Origin: Candidatus Multivorans sp.
Lineage (GTDB): Bacteria; Acidobacteriota; Thermoanaerobaculia; Multivoradales; Multivoraceae
Direction: 5' to 3'
DNA: 64,000 bases
NCBI GenBank assembly: GCA_965247095.1
Contig: OZ251997.1
Coordinates: 2,304,001-2,368,000 of the forward strand
The notes below the pieces were generated by a model, which was given only the letters and a program-made list of their open reading frames with translations, had not been told where the DNA came from and made no database searches. Shown here in pieces: positions 8,592 through 18,602 of the stretch. A program made the translations under genes and the position numbers. Positions within the stretch are counted from its first letter, which is position 1. Every line of letters begins with the position of its first letter.

Positions 8592-9364
8592 CCGAGCATC
8601 CGAACACAACTGACCAGGAGCAGCAGGCCCCTCCCACGGCCGTCGAGCCACACGGGCCCCAAGGATGGTCGGCCGCCCTGATCGCGCTTGTCACCTCCCC
8701 GCAGAGGAGCTTCGAGATCATCCGTCACCGCGCACCGTGGCTCGGCGTCCTGGTCCTGCTCGTGGCGAGCGCGGCCTCCCTCAACCTTCTGGCGACGCCG
8801 TTTGGCCTTCAAGCCGCGCGTGCCCAACTCACGGAGGTGCTCGCCGATCCGCAACAGGTCGACGCCATCGTGTCCGAGGCCGAGCAGACGGCTGCCGCGA
8901 GATGGTGGCTGACTCTCGGAACCGGCGTTGTCACGATGATCTTCAGACTGGCCATACAGACCCTGTTCGTCTGGATCCTGGCGACCGCCCTCCGCGGGCG
9001 CGCCCGCTTCGTGCAGGCCCTCTCGCTGATGGTGTACGTCAACCTGATCACGCACCTCCAGCAGTGGGCGAACTTCCTTCTCCTTCACGTGAGAGGGATG
9101 GACGCGATCCGGTCTCTGCAGGATCTGCAGACGCCCATGGGGCTCGACCTGCTGTTGACCGGCGAAGGCGCGCTCCTGAACGCGGTCTACGCGAGCGTCA
9201 ACCCGTTCACGATCTGGTTCCTGGCGCTGCTCGGCCTGGGCTCCGCGGCGGTTCTCCGCCTGCCCCAACGGGCCGGCTGGGTACTTGCGGGCATCTACTG
9301 GGCGGCTTCAACTGTCCTCTCGGCCGGTGTCGCCGGCGTGATGGCCCGTCTCCTGCCCACCTAG
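8588..9364 (+). CDS. Yip1-domain membrane protein
   Basis: ATGA overlap with the ATPase. TSPQRSFEII start, about 5 TM helices and NPFTIW motif typical of bacterial Yip1. Confidence 0.8.
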   Translation: MTEHPNTTDQEQQAPPTAVEPHGPQGWSAALIALVTSPQRSFEIIRHRAPWLGVLVLLVASAASLNLLATPFGLQAARAQLTEVLADPQQVDAIVSEAEQTAAARWWLTLGTGVVTMIFRLAIQTLFVWILATALRGRARFVQALSLMVYVNLITHLQQWANFLLLHVRGMDAIRSLQDLQTPMGLDLLLTGEGALLNAVYASVNPFTIWFLALLGLGSAAVLRLPQRAGWVLAGIYWAASTVLSAGVAGVMARLLPT

Positions 9365-9503
9365 CGCGGCAGAACTACCGGAGGCCGGCGCTTCGCGCCG
9401 GATGCGGGCAGGATGCCCGCGTGCCATCCGTGCGCCCGATGACGGGCGCACGGAGTGGTTGCGTGTGGCGCGGGTACGCACCAGTTTCGAGATCGTCCGC
9501 GAG
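9361..9503 (+). repeat. Composite palindromic mini-element: REP-like unit A interrupted by double-hairpin unit B
   Basis: 9361-9422 matches 28275-28336 at 60/62 nt, then continues into unit B as seen at 61537 and 59581. The right end is degenerate. Confidence 0.8.
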
Positions 9504-9558
9504 CGCCAGCCACAGGCCGCACCGTCAGTCCCCCCATCTCGTAGCACCTCAAATTCGT

Positions 9559-9587
9559 TTGACGCCTACAGACCGACGCGGTAACTT
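9559..9587 (+). promoter_or_regulatory. Sigma70-like promoter
   Basis: TTGACG-N17-TAACTT, 7 nt before the conserved element. Confidence 0.65.
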
Positions 9588-9594
9588 CGCCTCA

Positions 9595-9736
9595 GTTGGT
9601 CGTCGACGGCGTAGGGGGCCTGCGAGCCGGGTCCTCTGCTGAATACAAAAGCCGATACAAGGCGCAGGGTCGCTCCCCGTGCTCGGCGAATAGGCAGGCG
9701 TACGTGCCCACTGTGCATGGCGACCAACAAGGCCCG
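9595..9736 (+). ncRNA. Candidate structured RNA, copy 2
   Basis: 10-bp closing stem gttggtcgtc/ggcgaccaac with nested stems. Homologous to 5951-6094. Confidence 0.6.
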
Positions 9737-9867
9737 GCGCCATTCACTGCCCTGGAGCCTGCATCTCCACAAGGGGCAGGCTTGGGCAACGAGCCCGAAG
9801 CGGCCCAAGTCGGTGTTGCTGGTATAACGGGAGTTCCCACCAGGTGCAGTCAAGGAGGAGAGACACG

Positions 9868-10965
9868 ATGCAGCGCAACCTTCGTCCAGGCGCCGCGGCG
9901 GCAGCCGCAATCGTCTTCCTCGCGGCGTCGGCCGCGATAGCCGCCGAGGACGACGCGACCCCGCGCACGGCCTCGGGGCGCGCGGACTTCACCGGCAACT
10001 ACGATGTCGCGACGCTGACGCCGCTCAACCGGCCGCAGAAGTTCGGCGACAACCTGTTCCTGACGCCGGAGCAGGCAAACGGGATCGTCGAAAGGGAGCG
10101 GGAGCGGGTATCCGCGCGGGCAGCCAAGCGGCAGATCACCGAGGCGCCCCCACCGGGCGGAGCGCCGCCGATCGGCCTCGGCGACGAGTTCCGCGAGACC
10201 AGCGGCGCCGGCAACGTCGGCGGCTACAACAACTTCTGGACCGACCGCGGCAGCGACGTGTTCTCCATCGACGGCAAGTTCAGGACGTCGATCATCACCG
10301 ACCCGACGAACGGGCGGATGCCGGCCCTGACCGCGGAGACGATGCAACGGATGTCCGAGCGGCGCGGACGGCGGCGCGGCAACGACGGCAGCGCCTGGTG
10401 GCTCGACGTCGAGGGTCCCGGCCCCTACGACGGGCCGGAGTCCCTGGGCGTTCCCGAACGCTGCCTGATCGGCTTCGGCTCCACCGGTGGTCCGCCGATG
10501 CTGCCCGTCCTCTACAACAACGCCAAGCGGATCGTGCAGACCGAAGATCACCTGATGATCCTGGTCGAGATGGTTCACGACGCGCGGATCGTCCGCATCG
10601 GCGGCGAGCACATCCCCGAGGACGAACGCCGCTGGCTGGGAGACTCGATCGGCTGGTGGGAAGGGGACACCCTGGTGGTCGAGACGACGAACTTCACCGA
10701 CGGGCCGGCGCTCTTCCTCGCCTCGCGGAACCTAAAGGTCACCGAGCGGTTCACCCGTCAGGGCGAGGACCTCCTGTACGGCTTCACGATCGAGGATCCC
10801 ACGGTGTGGACCGCGCCATGGAGCGGCGAGTACCTGTGGCCCGGCACTCCGGCCAAGGTGTACGAGTACGCCTGCCACGAGGGGAACTACGCCATGGGCG
10901 GGATTCTCAAGGGGGCGCGGCTGCTGGAGGACGAGAAGAGGGCCGCGGCCTCCGGCGGCGAGTAG
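9868..10965 (+). CDS. Conserved secreted hypothetical protein
   Basis: aggaggag RBS, signal peptide, WLGDSIGWWEGDTLVVET and YEYACHEGNY motifs. Confidence 0.85.
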   Translation: MQRNLRPGAAAAAAIVFLAASAAIAAEDDATPRTASGRADFTGNYDVATLTPLNRPQKFGDNLFLTPEQANGIVERERERVSARAAKRQITEAPPPGGAPPIGLGDEFRETSGAGNVGGYNNFWTDRGSDVFSIDGKFRTSIITDPTNGRMPALTAETMQRMSERRGRRRGNDGSAWWLDVEGPGPYDGPESLGVPERCLIGFGSTGGPPMLPVLYNNAKRIVQTEDHLMILVEMVHDARIVRIGGEHIPEDERRWLGDSIGWWEGDTLVVETTNFTDGPALFLASRNLKVTERFTRQGEDLLYGFTIEDPTVWTAPWSGEYLWPGTPAKVYEYACHEGNYAMGGILKGARLLEDEKRAAASGGE

Positions 10966-10986
10966 ACGACCTGGTTGGAGACGGCG

Positions 10987-11421
10987 CTATCGGCCCGGCG
11001 GCTCGGTCGCGTCGCGACCGTCGCGCGGCGCACCGGTACCGGACGAGCCCATGAACAGCTTGCGACCGTCGGGGAAGGTCAGGTCACGGCCGTTCGCCTT
11101 GTTCGAGCCGTCCTTCGCCCGGTAGCCGTCGACCACGATCTCGGTGCCAGGCAGAAGCGACTTCTTTGAGAAGCCCCGGCGTGCCAGCGTGTTCGGCGTA
11201 CCACCCTCGACCATCCAGACTGAAGTGGAGCCGTCGTCGTTCGTGACCTCGATGTGAATCCAGGCGTGGGGGTTGATCCACTCCATCTTGGTCACCGTGC
11301 CGCGCAACTGAAGCGGCCGGTCGGCGTCGAACTCAGCCGAGAAGGCGTGGTGCGCGGCGAGGGGTATGGCGAGCACCAGGGCCACGCCAGCGGCCAGTAG
11401 AGCAACTCGCTTGAACTTCAT
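10987..11421 (-). CDS. DUF6152-like secreted protein
   Basis: Signal peptide followed by AHHAFSAEFD, and WINPH motif. Confidence 0.85.
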   Translation of the reverse strand: MKFKRVALLAAGVALVLAIPLAAHHAFSAEFDADRPLQLRGTVTKMEWINPHAWIHIEVTNDDGSTSVWMVEGGTPNTLARRGFSKKSLLPGTEIVVDGYRAKDGSNKANGRDLTFPDGRKLFMGSSGTGAPRDGRDATEPPGR

Positions 11422-11455
11422 CGTTGGTTCTCCTCTTCGACGTACGGCTTGGGTG

Positions 11456-12277
11456 CTACGGACTCGAGTCTGCGCCCTTGCGCAGGTGCCCGTACATCAG
11501 CTCTTCGGCAAACTCGACGCACTTGAACTCCAGGAGCTGCATGTTCGGGTCGATTCGGCGGTAGAGCGGCAGGCTGATCTTCCAGGGCTCGCTGTAGACG
11601 TTCTCGTCGGTGATCGTGGCCTCGTACTGCAGGTGATACGGGCTCATTGCAGTCCAGCGCTCCTCGACGTGGATCGCATCCGTATGGTGGTTGCCACTCG
11701 AGTCGAGCCAGGTGTCGGGCACCTGGCTGGTCACGTCGACCACCAGGGTCTCCCCTTCCCAGCGCCCGCGCGAGTGCCCCATCCAGGCATCGAAGGGGGC
11801 CTCGAAGTCGGGCCGGTTCATGTAGATCACCCGGCTGGCGCTGGCGAACTCGTATGCGATCAGGATGTGATCCGGCGTCTGGACGATCTGGAACGGGAAG
11901 GGCAGGTAGTTGGCGCGAGGGATGCCCGCCATGTAGCACTTGACCGCCGGGTCGAGTTCCAGCCAGTTCTCGCGGTTCTGGTTCCGCAGTTCGAGCGCAT
12001 CCGGCAGGTACGGGATCTTCCCGCCTTCGACCACTCCGAGCCCGCCCGGGATGGCGCCCAGCGCGCCCATCTCGACCACCGGTCCATGGCGGGCCGCATG
12101 GGCCTCGATGTCCCAGTGCGTCGCGCCCAGGGCCTGCCAGATCCCGTTCAGATCAGGTTTGCCGTCGTGCGTGCGGGGCGCCGTGTAGTCCGCACCTTGC
12201 GCCGCGACGGGCGCAGCCGCCAGGACGACCGCCACCAGGACTGCAACCGCCGTTCGTTCGATGAGACTCCGCTTCAT
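11456..12277 (-). CDS. Secreted hypothetical protein, distant paralog of 9868..10965
   Basis: Signal peptide, GKPDLNGIW and WMGHSRGRWEGETLVVD. Confidence 0.85.
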   Translation of the reverse strand: MKRSLIERTAVAVLVAVVLAAAPVAAQGADYTAPRTHDGKPDLNGIWQALGATHWDIEAHAARHGPVVEMGALGAIPGGLGVVEGGKIPYLPDALELRNQNRENWLELDPAVKCYMAGIPRANYLPFPFQIVQTPDHILIAYEFASASRVIYMNRPDFEAPFDAWMGHSRGRWEGETLVVDVTSQVPDTWLDSSGNHHTDAIHVEERWTAMSPYHLQYEATITDENVYSEPWKISLPLYRRIDPNMQLLEFKCVEFAEELMYGHLRKGADSSP

Positions 12278-12436
12278 CAGACTCCCTTTCCTGTCGCCCC
12301 AGAATTCCTCGTACCTCAGCATTCCGGCCCAGCCCATCCTCGCCGGGACGCCACGCCGAAGAACTCGCTCCGCGTCGTTCTGCGTCGCCGCCTCCCGGCC
12401 CGGAAGCAGTGAGGATAGCAGCCGGTAGAGCGGTGG

Positions 12437-13964
12437 GTGTCGGCGCTCCTCGGCCCGATCCGCGAGGACATCGTCCTTCGCGAGTCCATCGACGTGCGGT
12501 TGATCAGCCTCGACGCCGTTGTCACCGATTCTTCCGACCGGCCGGTCACCGGCTTGACCAGGGATGACTTCGAGCTGAAGGTCGACGGAGAACCGGTCGA
12601 GATCCTGAGCGTGTCGGCAGCCGAGGACAGGCCTCCGCAACCAACAGCGCACCGCCTCTCTGGCCGTGCGCGAGGCGTTGCGGCTGATGGCCGCCAAGGG
12701 CGCCCGCTACCGGCTCGGCGAGGCGTCGCTCGCCAGCGTAGAAGCGAACCTCCGCAGCTACGGCGAAGCCCTGCGACTCGACACCCTGCAAACCCTCCGC
12801 GCGGTGCGCTCCCTCGTCGAGGCTCTCGCCTTTGTCCCGGGCCGCAAGGCAGTCCTGTTCGTGAGCGACGGCCTCCCCCGCTATCCACTCGACGGCGCCG
12901 CTAAGACGATGTACGACCGGCTCGCGGGTGACTCGCGGCAATTGGAGGGCGACGAGTTGATGCGCGATCCGGGCTCGCTCGATCTCCACGATCGCAATCA
13001 CCGCCCCTTCGGGGTCGACCGCGCCGACCGCATGGGCCGGCCAACGGGCATCGTGCAGGTCGACGACGGCGGCGCGATGTCCTTCCAGACCCTGGCCGCC
13101 GAGTTGAGCTGCGGGCACGCCTTCGATCAGCTCGCCGCGCTGGCAAACACCCACCGGGTCACCTTCTATCCGCTCAAGCCGCCGGTCGCCGACCCGTCGA
13201 TCAGCGGTCTGGGCGAAAGCGCCGCCGGCCGCGGTTCGATCGTCGAGCTGTCGGACGTGCGCTCCGGCCTGGAGAGCCTGGCCGGCTTGACCGGCGGCCT
13301 GTCGTTCACGGCGGAGACCGGCGTCGGCGAGTTCCTCCAGTTGACCCGGACCGACATCTCGACCTACTAGTCGCTTTCCTTCGCACCGCCGGACTCGATG
13401 GGCGATACCGGCATTCGCGAGGTCACACTCCGGGTGCGGAAGCGGTCCGGGGCCCGGCACGGCAGGCTGCGCTACCGCACCAGCTACGTGCCGGTGACGA
13501 TCCAGCAGAACCTCGCCAGTCGCGCCTGGGGCACGCTGCTGTTCGGCTGGGAGGAGAACTCGCACGGCATGGAGGTCGAGATCGGCCGGGTCGCCGGCGC
13601 CGAGACGGGCGGAGACGATGGACAGACGCTGCTTGAGGTTGTCGCCAGCCTACCGATCGGCGAGCTGGAACTCGCATCGACGCGGGCTGCCCGCAACCCC
13701 GTCGCCAGCGGCGCCTACCGCGTCGTGCTCCAGGTCCAGCGCGACGACGGCAGCCGGATGCAGCCCCAGCACTTCGACTTCGAACTCCACGTGCCGGTCG
13801 CCGAACTCGAGACCGCCCAAGGCCCGTACATCGCGGTCCGCAGCGGCCTGCTCCTGGCGCCGGGAAGCTACCGCCTGGCGGTCGGCCTCTGGGAGGAGAA
13901 CAGCGGACGCTCGTCCTTCGTGGTGCGGGAACTGTCGGTCCAGCCGGACCCGAGCGTCGCCTGA
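12437..13964 (+). pseudogene. Acidobacterial-type VWA-domain protein, disrupted
   Basis: VVTDSSDRPVTGLTRDDFEL start, frameshift near 12650, PGRKAVLFVSDG, and in-frame TAG at 13368-13370 within TY*SLSF. An intact paralog lies at 33052. Confidence 0.75.
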
Positions 13965-13993
13965 GATAGCCCGCGACACGCCACGGGGCTCAG

Positions 13994-16942
13994 TCAGCGG
14001 CGCCCCGCGCCCTTGCGCGGCGGCCGTCTCTGTACGCTGTCGAGCAGCTTCTCCAACCGGTCGCGCTCCCCCTCGCGAAGACGGCGGTTCTGACCCGCGG
14101 GTCGACGTTCGATGAGCTGATCGAGCTCCATGAGCCAGTCCAGGTCCTCCCGCACCTCCCCTTCCGCCAGCGGCGCGGCCTTCTCCCACAGGCCGGCGTA
14201 GCGGAGCACCCGCAGTGCAGCCCGGTGGGCGCCGGCCTGCCGGTAGGCGTCGGCCGCATCGAGGGGACGCCCCTGCGCCTCGCGGAACCGGCCCAACCGG
14301 CGCAGGTCCGGCGAAACCGACTCCAGGAGTGACTCGGCCCGACCCCACCGCTGCCTGCGTTGCGCCGGGGTCTCCCCCGCCGGCGCCGCCTGAAGTAGCG
14401 CGTCGAAGGCGGACCGGCGGAGCAACCGCGACCTGGCTTCCGCATCCCCGACGAAGAAGGTGAGCTTCAGCCACGCCTCAAGGTCGGCGTCAGCCAGCTC
14501 CGCGGCCAGGACCGGGTCCTCGGATGCTGTCTCGAGTCCCCGGCGCAGCGCCTGGGCCGCCGGCAGCAACGCTTCCCGCAGCCACTCCGGGCTCGATGAT
14601 TCGCCCTGCCCAAGCTCGCGGGCTGCTTCAAGCAGGGCGAAGGGCGGCGACTGCCGGTCGGCGGACCAGGACTCGAGTTCGGTCAGAGCCCGGGCTTCCA
14701 GGTCCGAATCCCGGCTCCGCGTCTCGATGGTCTGCATCGCGGTGCGGAACACGGCCTCCCGATCGACGCCCCTGGGCGCACCTCCAACCAGCAGGCGGGC
14801 CGCCGTGGCGAGCATCGTCGCCCGCGCTTCCGCGCGGACCGTTCGGTCCGACACTCCGTTCGGCAAATCCGGATCCCCCAGCAGACGCAGTGCCTGGCAG
14901 GCGCGCTGCCAGGCCCGGTCGGGCACCGAGTCGATGAATACCCGAGCGTCGTTGACGCACACGAGGACTCGTTCCTCAGGCGAAGCATCGGTACGGACCA
15001 GATGGCCAACGAGGTCGGACGCATCGAACGGTGCCGGGTTGCCCAGGAGTTCGCGACTGCGTGCCGTTTCCTCATCGCCGGCTTCGACGTCCAGGAAAGC
15101 CAGCGTCTCGGTCGCCCGGCTGAGCGCTACCCGCAGGTGATCGATCTCTGTCCGGCGCACGTGTTGGTCGATCTCTCCATCGCGTCGCAGGTCCCGGTCC
15201 TCCGGCGCCAGACCCGACAGCAGCCGGCCCGGATCAAGCACACACACCGACTGGTACTCGAGACCCTTGGTCTCCGCCGGCGTGAGCACACTCTCGCGGA
15301 GACGCTCGGGAAGCCACTCCGGGATGTCGTCCTGCGCCGTCAGCACGACCGCGCCGTCCGCATCCCGAAGTCGTTCCACGAGCTTGACCGCCTGGGACCG
15401 CTTTGCGACCGCGACGTGAAGCAGGTACGCATCGACGTGCTGCGCGCCGCTCTGGCGGCGCTGCTTGGTCGGACGGGCGTGCTTGGCGATGTCGTCGTAG
15501 AGGTGGGTAGCCCGATCGACGACCTGCGCGATCCCGCTCGGACAGCGCAGATGTTCCTCGAGATCGAAGGCTCTGGGCGGGGAGAGACGACGCGCCAGCA
15601 GGTCGCTCAGCGGCCCCCACTCGAACCCGGTCGGCCGTACCGTCTGGCCGGAATCGCCCGCCATCAGCAACCGGGGCGTCCGTTTCCGGCGGCGGCCAAC
15701 GGCCAGGCAGTAGTCCACCACCACGGCTGACTCCAACAGGGTCAGGTCCTGGATCTCGTCGACTACGACCTGATCGAACCGATCGAGACCGTCGGGAACG
15801 AAACCTCCCCGAAGCCTCTCGATCGCACGCCCAGCCGCCACCAACTCGGGAAAGACCTGTCGAACGCCCTCCCCCGGCAAGGTCTTGGCTACGCGGAGCA
15901 GCGCCTTCGCAGCCTGGGTCCCCACACCGTCGCGTCTTCCCCTCAGTTCCAGGTACGCCGGGTCGCTCAGACGCGCCAGTCCGTCACCCGGGGAGTCGGG
16001 CGCGATATCCGCGACCGCCCGACCATGGAGAACGGCGCGCAGCTCCGCGTGCAGAGCGTTCCGCCGGCGCGCCCACGGTCCGTAGACATTCCGTCCGAGC
16101 CGGCCCAGCATCCGGTGGAAGCGGTCGCGGCTGGCCGCAAGGGGTTCTCTTGCGACATCGGCGCCGCAGATCTCGCCGACGAAGGTCGTGAAGTCCAGCG
16201 TGTCCACGTGGACATCGCTCGGCGCAAACGAAACGAAGTTCTCCTCGGCCTGCTGCCTCAGGGCCCGCGACCAGGTCAGGTAGAGGATCCGCTCGCCCCT
16301 ACGCGCTTCAACCGCCCGCCAGAGCGCCGTGGTCTTGCCGGAACCGGGTCGGCCGCGGATCAGCCGGACCGCATTCCGATCCTCCACGAACCGCACCTGA
16401 GCGTCGGTCCACGGACGGCCGGCAATGTCGTCACCCAGATCAGGCGCCGTCACAAGCGCCAGGTAGTCGTCGAGATCTCCCGCGGTCAGAGGCGCGTGGT
16501 CGTCGTGGTGCCGGACCGCCCGAACCAGGATGGCCCGCTCGGGCAGCTCCAGGTCCGTGACCGGCGGGCTGCCCCGCGGCGTCCACCACAGGTAGTACTG
16601 CATGCCGCCGGCGCCGCCGAGCGGCGAGCGCCGCCACCCCCGGTTGACGTCCCTGCAGCCCTTGACGACCGTGGTGCGCCCCTGGGCCGCGAGGTGCCTG
16701 AGCACCAGTCCAAGCCGCTTGTAGAGGTGGGGCCATTCACGAAGCTGGTCCGAGACTCCCGGATGAAGCCAGAGACGGTGCCGGAGTTCCCCAAACTCCA
16801 GGTCTTCCGGATGGGGGATCTCTCGGTCCAGGCCGCGCTTCACCCGCGAATCGTAGCCGGGCGCGACTCGACCGTCCTGCTCGGTAGCAGGCGCCCAGTC
16901 GGCGGACGACCACGCGGAGTCGGTCAACTCGCCCGCTGCCAC
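13994..16942 (-). CDS. UvrD/SF1 helicase-like ATPase with RelE-like N-terminus and helical C-terminus
   Basis: GRPGSGKTT, VVDEIQD, AGDSGQ, TKGLEY and VALSRA. The start may be the GTG at 16843. Confidence 0.85.
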   Translation of the reverse strand: MAAGELTDSAWSSADWAPATEQDGRVAPGYDSRVKRGLDREIPHPEDLEFGELRHRLWLHPGVSDQLREWPHLYKRLGLVLRHLAAQGRTTVVKGCRDVNRGWRRSPLGGAGGMQYYLWWTPRGSPPVTDLELPERAILVRAVRHHDDHAPLTAGDLDDYLALVTAPDLGDDIAGRPWTDAQVRFVEDRNAVRLIRGRPGSGKTTALWRAVEARRGERILYLTWSRALRQQAEENFVSFAPSDVHVDTLDFTTFVGEICGADVAREPLAASRDRFHRMLGRLGRNVYGPWARRRNALHAELRAVLHGRAVADIAPDSPGDGLARLSDPAYLELRGRRDGVGTQAAKALLRVAKTLPGEGVRQVFPELVAAGRAIERLRGGFVPDGLDRFDQVVVDEIQDLTLLESAVVVDYCLAVGRRRKRTPRLLMAGDSGQTVRPTGFEWGPLSDLLARRLSPPRAFDLEEHLRCPSGIAQVVDRATHLYDDIAKHARPTKQRRQSGAQHVDAYLLHVAVAKRSQAVKLVERLRDADGAVVLTAQDDIPEWLPERLRESVLTPAETKGLEYQSVCVLDPGRLLSGLAPEDRDLRRDGEIDQHVRRTEIDHLRVALSRATETLAFLDVEAGDEETARSRELLGNPAPFDASDLVGHLVRTDASPEERVLVCVNDARVFIDSVPDRAWQRACQALRLLGDPDLPNGVSDRTVRAEARATMLATAARLLVGGAPRGVDREAVFRTAMQTIETRSRDSDLEARALTELESWSADRQSPPFALLEAARELGQGESSSPEWLREALLPAAQALRRGLETASEDPVLAAELADADLEAWLKLTFFVGDAEARSRLLRRSAFDALLQAAPAGETPAQRRQRWGRAESLLESVSPDLRRLGRFREAQGRPLDAADAYRQAGAHRAALRVLRYAGLWEKAAPLAEGEVREDLDWLMELDQLIERRPAGQNRRLREGERDRLEKLLDSVQRRPPRKGAGRR

Positions 16943-17391
16943 GCCCAGAGCACCGCCGCCGAGAAGATGATCGTTGGGAAGATCTTCATCGCGGCATGGT
17001 GAGCGAGCGCGAAATCGATCTGCCGTACCGGCAGTCCGAACCGCTCACCTATCGAGCGGTGTGCGATTCCATAGGTGTTGTTCCGCAGGCCGAGTAAAAA
17101 GCCGACGATCACCAGGCACCAGAAGATGCCGAAGAGACCGCCCGTTTGTGCCAGCGGTGCGAGGAACACTCCAGGGTTGGGAGGCTCCTCATGGGCGGCG
17201 CCTTTCTTCTTCTCGGCATGGTCCTGGTCGGGGCCACGGCAGCGACCTTCGAGGTGGAAGACGACCTGCTGCGGCGGAACGCTCGCTCCTTGGAACCCCG
17301 CCGCCAGTTGTCCAGCAGGACGGTCGGCAACACTGCCCGACAGTCGCTCAGCGCACCCATCGGGCGATCTTAGTCGTGCCAACCGACGCAC
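16924..17391 (-). CDS. Possible small membrane protein or remnant
   Basis: The C-terminal half has two hydrophobic helices (FWCLVIVGFLL; KIFPTIIFSAAVLW). The N-terminal half looks non-coding. Confidence 0.25.
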   Translation of the reverse strand: MRRLARLRSPDGCAERLSGSVADRPAGQLAAGFQGASVPPQQVVFHLEGRCRGPDQDHAEKKKGAAHEEPPNPGVFLAPLAQTGGLFGIFWCLVIVGFLLGLRNNTYGIAHRSIGERFGLPVRQIDFALAHHAAMKIFPTIIFSAAVLWAWQRAS

Positions 17392-17553
17392 CCGGCGAGC
17401 GTCCAGGACCTTTGTCGGCGGCGCCCCGCGACACCTCGACCCCGGACTCGGACCCCACCCGGCGCCGCGATAGTCTGCCCTTTCGTTCTGCCCCTACTGA
17501 CCCGCCAGACAGGCGCCCTCATTCGAGGGGGCCTCAGGTCGCAGGAGACTACG

Positions 17554-18591
17554 ATGTCCACACGCATGTTGCTGCTCGCTCTCGGCTGTGCCGGCGCCGC
17601 CGGATTCCTCGGCGCCGCGGGTCACGCCAAGACCTCCGACACGATGGCCGCGGCCGCGAACAATCTGCTCGCGTCGCTCGACGCCGACCAGCGCACAACC
17701 GTGATGCTCGACTTCAATGCCGCCGAGCGCGTCGACTGGCACTTCATCCCCAAGGAGCGCAAAGGCCTGTCGATGCTCGATATGAGCCCGGACCAGCACC
17801 ACCTCGTCCACGCCCTGCTCAGCGCCTCGCTGAGCCGCACGGGATACGGCAAGACGGCGACCGTGATGAGCCTGGAGGCCGTGCTGCGGAAGCTCGAAGA
17901 GGCGGCAGGCGGGAACCCCTTCACGTCAATGCGGGATCCGCTCCGCTACCACGTGACCTTCTTCGGCGCACCCAGCGAAGACGGCGACTGGGCATGGAGC
18001 TTCGAGGGGCACCACGTCTCCCTGAACTTCACCGTCGTCGCCGGAGACGCGACCGCCTCCACACCCCTGTTCCTGGGCGCCAACCCGCACCGGGTGCCCA
18101 GCGGCCCGCGCGAGGGTCTACGCGCCCTGGGACGCGAGGAGGATCTCGCCCGGACGCTGCTCGAATCCCTAAACGACGACCAGCGCAAGAAGGCGATGCT
18201 CGGCGACGAGGCGCCGCGCGACATCTTCAGTTCGAACCAACCGCGGGTGGAACGCCAGGTGCCAAGAGGCGTACCGGCGAGCGCCCTCAGCGAAGAGCAG
18301 CGCGAGTTGCTCGACGCCCTGATCGACGAGTACGCGGGGAACGTTCCCCCCGACCTGGCCGCCAAGCGCCGCGCTCAGGTCAAGGCCGCAGGCAACGCGA
18401 TCCACTTCGCCTGGATGGGGCCGGACGAACCCGGCGCGCCGCACTACTACCGCGTGCAGGCGCCGGACTTCGTCATCGAGTACGACAACGTCCAGAACGC
18501 CGCCAACCACAGCCACACGGTGTGGCGCGACTTCGACGGCGACTTCGGCCGCGACCTCCTCGCCGAGCACCATCGCGACTACAAGCACTGA
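17554..18591 (+). CDS. DUF3500-domain protein
   Basis: aggag RBS, signal peptide, WSFEGHHVSLN and NHSHTVWRDFDGDFG. Confidence 0.9.
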   Translation: MSTRMLLLALGCAGAAGFLGAAGHAKTSDTMAAAANNLLASLDADQRTTVMLDFNAAERVDWHFIPKERKGLSMLDMSPDQHHLVHALLSASLSRTGYGKTATVMSLEAVLRKLEEAAGGNPFTSMRDPLRYHVTFFGAPSEDGDWAWSFEGHHVSLNFTVVAGDATASTPLFLGANPHRVPSGPREGLRALGREEDLARTLLESLNDDQRKKAMLGDEAPRDIFSSNQPRVERQVPRGVPASALSEEQRELLDALIDEYAGNVPPDLAAKRRAQVKAAGNAIHFAWMGPDEPGAPHYYRVQAPDFVIEYDNVQNAANHSHTVWRDFDGDFGRDLLAEHHRDYKH

Positions 18592-18602
18592 GGCGGCCGC
18601 CA

